Of a stretch of DNA of 32,000 nucleotides, positions 25,608 to 32,000 are shown piece after piece. Position 1 is the first letter of the stretch, and each line of letters opens with the position of its first letter. Made by a program: the position numbers and the translations under genes. This stretch comes from Sinorhizobium meliloti (GTDB lineage: Bacteria > Pseudomonadota > Alphaproteobacteria > Rhizobiales > Rhizobiaceae), in NCBI RefSeq assembly GCF_017876815.1, contig NZ_JAGIOS010000001.1, positions 120,001-152,000 of the forward strand. The letters run 5' to 3'. Below the pieces are notes generated by a model that worked only from the letters and a program-made list of their open reading frames with translations, did not search any database and had not been told where the DNA came from.

Positions 25608-26620
25608 ATGCGTGCCGTCGCCTACAAGACACCGCAACCCATCGCCAACGAGACCGCGCTGATCGACGTGGACCTGCCCGTGCCGACGCCGGGGGAGCGC
25701 GATCTCCTGGTGGAAGTCAGGGCGGTTTCCGTCAACCCGGTCGACACCAAGGTGCGCGCCGGCGTTCAGCCGGAGCCGGAGCAGCTGAAGGTTCTTGGCT
25801 GGGATGCCGCCGGCGTGGTCAAGGCGGTCGGCCCGAAGGTTACCCTCTTCAAACCCGGCGACGAAGTGTTCTACGCAGGCGCCATGACCGGCCCGGGACG
25901 AATGCGGAGCTTCACCTCGTGGACGAACGGATCGTCGGGCGGAAACCGCAGTCGCTCGATTTCGCAGCCGCCAGCGCCTTGCCGCTTACGGCGATCACCG
26001 CCTGGGAGACGATTTTCGATCGCCTCAGGGTCAATGATCCCGTGCCGGGTGCAGCGAATGCGGTGCTGATCATCGGGGGTGCCGGCGGCGTCGGCTCGAT
26101 CGCCATCCAGTTGCTGCGCGCTTTGACCAATGTCACCGTCATCGCCACCGCTTCACGCGCCGAAACGCGCGAGTGGGCCTTGAAGCTCGGTGCCCATCAT
26201 GTGCTCGACCACAGCCGCCCGCTTGCGGCGGAGATAGAGCAGCTCGCCCTCGGCGCGCCGGCCTTCGTGTTTTCAACGACCAACACCGACAAGCATGTCG
26301 ACGAGATCGTCAAGCTGATCGCGCCGCAGGGACGCTTCGCGCTGATCGACGACCTGGCTGTCCTCGACGTCACGCCGTTCAAACGCAAATCCGTCTCGAT
26401 CCACTGGGAGATGATGTTTGCGCGTCCGCTGTTCGGAACCCCGGACATGATCGAGCAGCACAATCTCTTGAACAGGGTCGCGGAACTGGTGGATGGCGGC
26501 AAGATCCGCACGACCTTGACGGAGACGCTCGGCCCCATCGACGCGGCAACGCTCAGGAAGGCGCATCAGATGATCGAAACCGGCCGTACGCGCGGCAAGC
26601 TGGTGCTCGCCGGCTTCTGA
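25608..26620 (+). pseudogene. Zinc-type alcohol dehydrogenase / quinone oxidoreductase family (MDR), interrupted by a -1 frameshift
   Basis: Two track ORFs form one collinear MDR protein: MRAVAYK...GDEVFYAGAMTGPG (25413 frame) and TNAELHLVDERIVGRKP...GGAGGVGSIAIQL...GKLVLAGF* (25919 frame). The frames switch within GACCGGCCCGGGACG (about 25887..25900). 25608..26620 is 1013 nt, which is 3n+2, consistent with a 1-nt loss. Confidence 0.65.
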
Positions 26621-26648
26621 TCCGGCGCGATGTGGGCCGTCTGCAAGG

Positions 26649-26693
26649 CCCCTCCCCAACCCCTCCCCACAAGTGGGAGGGGTTGGGAAGGGG
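26649..26693. terminator. Long GC hairpin between the convergent oxidoreductase and permease genes
   Basis: CCCCTCCCCAACCCCTCCCCAC-AA-GTGGGAGGGGTTGGGAAGGGG: a stem of about 21 bp with 1-2 bulges. Confidence 0.55.
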
Positions 26694-26709
26694 AAGTTCT
26701 TTGGAGCTT

Positions 26710-27597
26710 CTATCCGTGAATGATTTCACGGTGACGCTGGAGCCGGCGCCCGTAAGCCTGGCTCACCCGGTCGAAGATGATCGCGATCCCGACGATGGCG
26801 AGGCCGTTGAAGATGCCGAGCGTGAAATACTGGTTGGCGATCGCCTTCAAGACCGGCTGACCCAGGCCCTGAACGCCGATCATCGAGGCGATGACGACCA
26901 TGGCAAGCGCCATCATGATGGTCTGGTTGATCCCGGCCATGATCGTCGGCAGCGCCAGCGGCATCTGCACGTTCTTCAGTTTCTGCCAGTTCGACGAGCC
27001 GAAGGCGTCCGCCGCCTCCAGCACATCCTTGTCGACCAGCCGGATGCCGAGATTGGTCAGGCGGATCATCGGGGGGATCGCATAGATGACGACGGCGATA
27101 AGCCCCGGAACCTTGCCGATGCCGAGAAGCATCACGACGGGAATGAGATAGACGAAGCTCGGCATCGTCTGCATCACGTCGAGCACCGGATTGACGATGT
27201 TCTGGAAACGATCGGAACGTGACATGATGATGCCCATCGGTATGCCGATCGCTATCGACAGGACCGTACAGACGAAGATCATCGAGATCGTCTTCATCGT
27301 GTCGTCCCACATGTCGAGATAGCCGATGAGGAGCAGGGTACCGATGGCACCGGCGACGATCTTCCAGTTGCGGCTGGCGAACCAGGCGATCACGGCGATC
27401 AGTATGAGAATGATCGGCCAGGGCGTTCGCGTCATGAAACGTTCGGCGTGGATCAGGAAGAACTGGAGCGGGTCGAAGAACGATTCGATCGCGTCGCCAT
27501 AGGCGCGTGTGAAGCTACGAAACCCTTCGTCGATGATCTTCTTCAACTGTCGAAGCCGATCGTCGTCCATGTGCGGAAATTTGGTCAGCCATTCCAT
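26710..27597 (-). CDS. ABC transporter permease, glycine betaine/proline/choline type (ProW/OpuAB-like)
   Basis: 295 aa. The N-terminal cytoplasmic region ...FRSFTRAYGDAIESFFDPLQ... and the EAA-type loop ...LVDKDVLEAADAFGSSNWQKLKNVQMPLALPTIMAG... are typical of ProW-family permeases. Confidence 0.85.
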   Translation of the reverse strand: MEWLTKFPHMDDDRLRQLKKIIDEGFRSFTRAYGDAIESFFDPLQFFLIHAERFMTRTPWPIILILIAVIAWFASRNWKIVAGAIGTLLLIGYLDMWDDTMKTISMIFVCTVLSIAIGIPMGIIMSRSDRFQNIVNPVLDVMQTMPSFVYLIPVVMLLGIGKVPGLIAVVIYAIPPMIRLTNLGIRLVDKDVLEAADAFGSSNWQKLKNVQMPLALPTIMAGINQTIMMALAMVVIASMIGVQGLGQPVLKAIANQYFTLGIFNGLAIVGIAIIFDRVSQAYGRRLQRHREIIHG

Positions 27598-27764
27598 GTG
27601 TCGATTCCCCTTCGCACTCTTTTGGGCGGCTTATGGTTGTTATTGCTTTGCCGCCTGCCTTTTAACGCTAACGCGCGGTGTAAACGATGAAGCTGCGCAA
27701 TCTTATTCTCAAACCGACATGCGGTGAACGAAATCTTGCGCCATCCTTCGAAAACTACGCACTC

Positions 27765-27800
27765 CAAAACAAAAAACGGCGCGCTTTTACGCGCGCCGTT
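27765..27800 (-). terminator. Rho-independent terminator between the binding-protein and permease genes
   Basis: Minus strand reads AACGGCGCGC-GTAAAA-GCGCGCCGTT followed by TTTTGTTTTGG. Confidence 0.85.
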
Positions 27801-27817
27801 CATTCGAAGAGAGTCGA

Positions 27818-28816
27818 TCAGAGGGCAGCCTTGATCTTCTCGGCAACTTCGGGGGAAACCCACTTGGTCCAGAGGTCCGGGTTTTCCTCGAGGAAGTGCT
27901 TCGCGCCTTCCTCGCCGCTCGCCTGGTTGTCGGTCATCCAGGCCATGAGCTTGTTGACCGTGTCGTTCGTCCATGCGCGGGTGTTGAGGTATTCCATGGC
28001 CGGGCCGGCGCGGTCGGCGAATTCCTTGGTCACCAGCGTCTGGACCTTGTCCTTCGGCCAATCGTTCTTCTTCGGATCCGGGCAATCCGCGACCGTGTTG
28101 CAGCGCTTCCATTCGGCCATGTCGTTCGGAACGCCGTGCTCGAGCTTGACCATCTCGTACTTGCCGAGCAGCGCCGTCGGGGCCCAGTAGTAGCCGGCCC
28201 AGCCCTGCTTGCGCTCATAGGCCTTGGCAATCGAGCCGTCGAGGCCGGCTGCCGAGCCGGTGTCGACCAGCGTGAAGCCCGCCGCCTCGGCGCCATAGGC
28301 CTTGTAAAGCTGGGTCGTCACGACCGTGCCGCCCCACCCTTGAGGACCGTTGAAAATAGCGCCCTTGCTCGGATCCTCCGGATCGGGGAAGAGTTCCTTA
28401 TGCTTCAGGACGTCGTCGATCGTCTTGATGTCGGGATTGGCATCGACGATGTATTTCGGCACCCACCATCCCTGGACGGCGCCATCCGAAAGCGCGACTG
28501 CGGCGCCGACGAGCTTTCCTTCCTGGAGACCGCGGTTCACCACGTCCGGCAGCAGGTCGACCCAGCCCTCCGGCGCGATGTCCGGCTCGCCCTTCTCGAT
28601 CATCGACGTGATGGTCGGCACCGTGTCCCCGACGACCAGCTCTGCACTGCAGCCGTAGCCTTCGGTCAAAATGAACTTGTCCACACTCGCCAGGACTTCG
28701 GCGCTCTGCCAGTTCATGTTGGCAATCGTCACATCGCCGCATTCCGCCGCCGATGCCGCGCTGCCGAGTCCCAAAAGACCGGCGGCCAGGCATGTCGTTG
28801 CAAGAAGTTTCTTCAT
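27818..28816 (-). CDS. Periplasmic substrate-binding protein, betaine/choline (OpuAC/ProX-like) family
   Basis: Signal peptide MKKLLATTCLAAGLLGLGSAASA, then AECGDVTIANMNWQSAEVL...GWWVP...YYWAPT..., aromatic-rich motifs typical of quaternary-amine binding proteins. Start ATG 28816 (GGGAG upstream). The 52 extra track codons are rejected. Confidence 0.75.
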   Translation of the reverse strand: MKKLLATTCLAAGLLGLGSAASAAECGDVTIANMNWQSAEVLASVDKFILTEGYGCSAELVVGDTVPTITSMIEKGEPDIAPEGWVDLLPDVVNRGLQEGKLVGAAVALSDGAVQGWWVPKYIVDANPDIKTIDDVLKHKELFPDPEDPSKGAIFNGPQGWGGTVVTTQLYKAYGAEAAGFTLVDTGSAAGLDGSIAKAYERKQGWAGYYWAPTALLGKYEMVKLEHGVPNDMAEWKRCNTVADCPDPKKNDWPKDKVQTLVTKEFADRAGPAMEYLNTRAWTNDTVNKLMAWMTDNQASGEEGAKHFLEENPDLWTKWVSPEVAEKIKAAL

Positions 28817-29143
28817 TTCGGCTCCCTCTGTTTTGGCGGTGTCTCTATGGCGGACTGCCAGCCTCACCGCAGCTGCTGACAGTGAATGGTACAAGCACCC
28901 GCCCCGGTCCGATGCCGGGGCGCGACAACTCGCGGGCCAACCGATACCTGTTCGGACCGGTGCCGCCCACATTGCTACCGTGTCTTTCCGGCAAACACTT
29001 TCCCATTTGCGTCAGCGGCTGACATTCCTGCCGTTTGTCAAACTACACAAATAATTGATGGGTTTAACCCCCTTTTTTAAATTCATTTACCGGCAACCCC
29101 CACCATCCACGTCGGAAGCTGGACGACTGACAAGGACATGCGA

Positions 29144-29173
29144 AAAGGCCGGCGATCGCTCGCCGGCCTTTTC
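29144..29173. terminator. Bidirectional rho-independent terminator
   Basis: AAAAGGCCGGCGA-TCGC-TCGCCGGCCTTTT: a perfect 13-bp stem that includes the A/T tracts on both sides. It lies downstream of the ETF-QO gene and its repeats. Confidence 0.8.
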
Positions 29174-29211
29174 GGGAAGTGCAATTGCGTGTTCGGACAG
29201 GGGGCGTTCGA

Positions 29212-29415
29212 CCTGCCTCTCCGAACATTCACATGTTCGGATAAACCGGCCCTTCGCCCGTTTTCTCCTGGCGGGAGTCCGTACGGGCCTGCCTCTCCGG
29301 ACATTCACATGTTCGGATAGACCGGCCCTTCGCCCCCTTTCTCCCGGCGGGAGTCCGTACGGGCCTGCCTCTCCGAACATTCACATGTTCGGATAGACCG
29401 GCCCTTCGCCCCCTT
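29212..29415. repeat. 76-bp tandem repeat, 2.7 copies, made of the last 35 nt of the ETF-QO CDS plus 41 nt of 3' flank
   Basis: Copies start at 29212, 29288 and 29364 (CCTGCCTCTCCGAACATTCACATGTTCGGATAGACCGGCCCTTCGCCC...). The copy at 29364 is the real gene end. Copy B differs from it at 1 of 52 aligned nt. Confidence 0.9.
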
Positions 29416-31045
29416 GTGGCGGCACCCAGTTGATGTTCTGGTTCGGGTCCTTGATGTCGCAGGTCTTGCAGTGGACGCAGTTCTGGGCGTTGATGACGAA
29501 GGTCTGCTGGCCGTCCTTCTCCACCCATTCATAGACGCCGGCCGGACAGTAGCGCGAAGATGGGCCGGCATAGACCTCGTATTCCGAGCGCTTCTGCAGG
29601 TCCCAGTCCTTCACCTGCAGATGCACCGGCTGGTCCTCCTCGTGATTGGTGTTCGACAGGAACACCGAGGAGAGCCGGTCGAAGGTCAGCACCCCGTCCG
29701 GTTTCGGATAGTCGATCCTCTCGTGCTTGGCGGCCGGCTCGAGCGATTGCGCATCGGTCTTGCCGTGCTTCAGCGTCCCGAAGAAGGAAAAGCCGAAGAG
29801 CTGGTTGGTCCACATGTCGAGACCGCCGAGCGCCACCCCAACGGCGGTGCCGAATTTCGACCACAGCGGCTTGACGTTCCGGACCCGCTTCAGGTCCTGG
29901 CCGATAGCGCTCTCGCGCCAGCCGCGCTCGATCTCGATCGGCTCGTCATTGGCGCGGCCGTCGGCGATCGCCGCCGCAAGCTTCTCCGCGGCGAGAATGC
30001 CGGACAGCACCGCATTGTGGCTGCCCTTGATGCGCGGCACGTTGACGAAGCCGGCCGAGCAGCCGATCAGCGCCCCGCCGGGGAAAGACAGCTTCGGCAC
30101 CGACTGGTAGCCGCCTTCGGTGATGGCGCGGGCGCCGTAGGAGAGCCTTTTTCCACCCTCGAAAGTGCCGCGGATCGCCGGATGCGTCTTGAAGCGCTGG
30201 AATTCCTCGAACGGATAGAGATACGGGTTCTTGTAGTTGAGGTGGACGACGAAACCGACGGCCACCAGATTGTCCTCAAGGTGATAGAGGAAGGAGCCGC
30301 CGCCGGTCTTCATGCCGAGCGGCCAGCCGAAGGAATGCTGCACGAGGCCCGGCTTATGATTTTCCGGTTTCACCTCCCAGAGCTCCTTCAGGCCGATGCC
30401 GAATTTCGGCACGTCGCAGCCCGCGTCGAGCTTGTATTTGGCAATCAGCTGCTTGGCGAGCGAGCCACGCACGCCCTCGCCGATGAGGGTGTACTTGCCG
30501 AGCAGCTCCATGCCGCGGGCGAAGTTCGGCCCCGGCTCGCCGTTCCGCTCGATGCCCATGTCGCCGGTGGCAACGCCGATCACCGCGCCCTCGTCATTGT
30601 AGAGCACTTCCGTTGCGGCAAAACCCGGATAGATCTCGACGCCGAGCGCTTCCGCCTGGGTGGCGAGCCAGCGACAGACATTGCCCAGCGATACCACGTA
30701 GTTGCCGTGATTGTTCATCAGCGGCGGCATCAGGAAATTGGGAAGGCGGACAGAGCCTGCGGGGCCGAGAAAGAGGAACTGATCGTCGGTGACTTCCGTC
30801 TTGAACGGGTGGTCCGGTTCGTCGCGCCAGCCCGGCAAGAGCCGGTCGATGCCGATCGGGTCGACCACGGCGCCGGAGAGGATATGTGCGCCCACTTCGG
30901 CGCCCTTCTCCAGCACCACGACCGAGAGTTCCGGACTGACCTGCTTCAGCCGGATCGCCGCGGCAAGCCCCGCCGGTCCCGCCCCGACGATCACGACGTC
31001 GAATTCCATGCTCTCGCGTTCGGGGAGTTCTTGTTGCTCGGTCAT
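29381..31045 (-). CDS. Electron-transfer flavoprotein:ubiquinone oxidoreductase (ETF-QO)
   Basis: 554 aa. FAD fold FDVVIVGAGPAGLAAA. C-terminal 4Fe-4S ferredoxin-like block ...CPAGVYEW...NAQNCVHCKTCDIKDP.QNI.W..P.GG.GP.Y..M*. Start ATG 31045, preceded by GGAGAG. Confidence 0.95.
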   Translation of the reverse strand: MTEQQELPERESMEFDVVIVGAGPAGLAAAIRLKQVSPELSVVVLEKGAEVGAHILSGAVVDPIGIDRLLPGWRDEPDHPFKTEVTDDQFLFLGPAGSVRLPNFLMPPLMNNHGNYVVSLGNVCRWLATQAEALGVEIYPGFAATEVLYNDEGAVIGVATGDMGIERNGEPGPNFARGMELLGKYTLIGEGVRGSLAKQLIAKYKLDAGCDVPKFGIGLKELWEVKPENHKPGLVQHSFGWPLGMKTGGGSFLYHLEDNLVAVGFVVHLNYKNPYLYPFEEFQRFKTHPAIRGTFEGGKRLSYGARAITEGGYQSVPKLSFPGGALIGCSAGFVNVPRIKGSHNAVLSGILAAEKLAAAIADGRANDEPIEIERGWRESAIGQDLKRVRNVKPLWSKFGTAVGVALGGLDMWTNQLFGFSFFGTLKHGKTDAQSLEPAAKHERIDYPKPDGVLTFDRLSSVFLSNTNHEEDQPVHLQVKDWDLQKRSEYEVYAGPSSRYCPAGVYEWVEKDGQQTFVINAQNCVHCKTCDIKDPNQNINWVPPQGGEGPVYPNM

Positions 31046-31314
31046 TACACTCTCCAGTTTTGCCGGTCTTCTGCCGGCTCCGTTCCCGGCCAAATCATCC
31101 CGTCATGACAAATGCCGTAAACCTTGTCGAGCCGGGATGCGACAGACTGTCTCTGCATTTGCGCATGAGTTCATGAGTTTCCTATGTTACCTGAACGTAA
31201 ACGTAAACCGATTTGGCCGGATCTGGACGGCCGGCAGCTTGCTTTTGCAGCGCTCGCATGCGACGAGGCCCGCCCCACCCCGCAAGCCGCATCACCGACA
31301 AGACGGAGACGATC

Positions 31315-32000
31315 ATGGCATCCGCCCTAGGCCTCGACTTCGGCACCACCAATTCCGTACTGGCGCAGACCGAAGGCGCATCGACGCGCTCCATCGTCGT
31401 GGAAAGCCCGACCGGAAGATCGGACACGACGCGGACGGCCCTGTCTTTCCTGAAGGATGCGGGTCCCTCGCCGCTGAAAGTGGAAGCAGGACAGGCGGCA
31501 ATCCGCGAGTTCATCGACAATCCGGGCGAATGCCGCTTCCTTCAATCGATCAAAACCTTTGCTGCGAGTGCGCTCTTCCAGGGCACGCTGATCTTCGGCA
31601 AACGCTACGAGTTCGAGGATCTGATGCAGCGCTTCCTGACGCGGCTCAGGGACTATGCCGGAAATAACTGGGAGGCCACCTTCAGGCGTGTCGTCATCGG
31701 CCGTCCCGTGCATTTCGCGGGCGCCAATCCGGACGAGAAACTGGCCCTCGAACGCTACAATCGCGCGCTTACCCGCATGGGCTTTCCCGAAGTCCATTAC
31801 GTGTACGAGCCGGTCGCGGCCGCCTTCTATTTCGCGCGCAATCTCGATCGGGACGCGACGGTGCTCGTCGCCGACTTCGGCGGCGGCACTACCGACTACT
31901 CGATCATCCGATTCGAGAGCCAGGCCGGTCGGCTGACGGCAACGCCGATCGGACATTCCGGCGTCGGCATCGCGGGAGACCATTTCGACTTCCGGATCAT
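31315..32000 (+). CDS. Hsp70-family ATPase (YegD-like putative chaperone). The 3' end is cut by the window edge.
   Basis: Not in the ORF track because it has no stop in the window. My translation from ATG 31315: MASALGLDFGTTNSVLAQ...RVVIGRPVHFAG...HYVYEPVAAAFYF...VLVADFGGGTTDYSII...GIAGDHFDFRI. It contains the actin/Hsp70 phosphate-1 (DFGTTNS) and phosphate-2 (DFGGGTTD) motifs, has no stop through nt 32000, and has high GC3. Confidence 0.85.
   Translation, partial: MASALGLDFGTTNSVLAQTEGASTRSIVVESPTGRSDTTRTALSFLKDAGPSPLKVEAGQAAIREFIDNPGECRFLQSIKTFAASALFQGTLIFGKRYEFEDLMQRFLTRLRDYAGNNWEATFRRVVIGRPVHFAGANPDEKLALERYNRALTRMGFPEVHYVYEPVAAAFYFARNLDRDATVLVADFGGGTTDYSIIRFESQAGRLTATPIGHSGVGIAGDHFDFRI

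Noticed and set aside
26173-27222. A 349-aa ORF overlapping the 3' part of the oxidoreductase and the permease gene
   Set aside because: It is out of frame with the oxidoreductase and antisense to the permease. It reads through the intergenic GC hairpin, and its Arg/Asp/His-rich composition is not protein-like.
28817-29143. A long upstream region of the binding-protein gene, considered as a possible riboswitch (for example glycine or betaine related)
   Set aside because: It contains only generic hairpins (for example GCCCCGG-TCCGATG-CCGGGGC). I could not recognise any conserved riboswitch core. It remains an ordinary promoter/leader until scanned with covariance models.
29083-29571. Minus- and plus-strand ORFs of 60-113 aa with repeated ...GPYGLPPGE.GRRAGLSEHVNVRRGR... 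sequences
   Set aside because: They are translations of the 76-bp tandem repeat and of out-of-frame ETF-QO sequence. The periodic peptide is a by-product of the DNA repeat.
30789-31667. A 292-aa ORF crossing from inside ETF-QO (antisense) through the intergenic region into the Hsp70-like gene
   Set aside because: It spans a promoter region and is out of frame or antisense with respect to two well-supported genes. Its composition is Ser/Arg/Pro-rich.

Overview
GC-rich alphaproteobacterial chromosomal segment. Gene content and protein sequences look like Rhizobiaceae (Sinorhizobium/Ensifer-like), but this is inference only because no search was run. About 28 credible protein genes, one tRNA and several repeat families are present. 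From left to right: (1) a large autotransporter truncated at the window edge, carrying an in-frame 30-bp tandem array; (2) two tandem ~265-bp palindromic intergenic mosaic elements; (3) smpB-dapA, then a divergent Slt-type lytic transglycosylase and a BA14K protein; (4) two RopA/Omp2b-type porin paralogs in convergent orientation, bracketing an intact tyrosine recombinase; (5) a higA-like remnant, an intact higBA module, an IS remnant and tRNA-Ser(GCU); (6) housekeeping genes: hisC-like, Sel1, DUF2147, Nu-class GST, ynfA and amn; (7) an envelope glycosylation trio (UPF0104 flippase-like, GT2 polyprenyl-phosphate glycosyltransferase, GT-C/ArnT-like transferase) next to a DAG-kinase-like lipid kinase; (8) HxlR with a frameshifted quinone-oxidoreductase/ADH; (9) a betaine/choline-type ABC binding protein and permease with no ATPase; (10) ETF-ubiquinone oxidoreductase, whose 3' end is triplicated as a 76-bp tandem repeat; (11) an Hsp70-like gene running off the right edge and absent from the ORF track. 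The best candidates for something new are the porin-recombinase-porin inverted duplication beside the tRNA-Ser accessory mosaic, and the uncharacterised three-component periplasmic glycosylation module. I found no CRISPR array, rRNA or recognisable defence operon. Many long ORFs in the track are antisense shadows typical of high-GC DNA.
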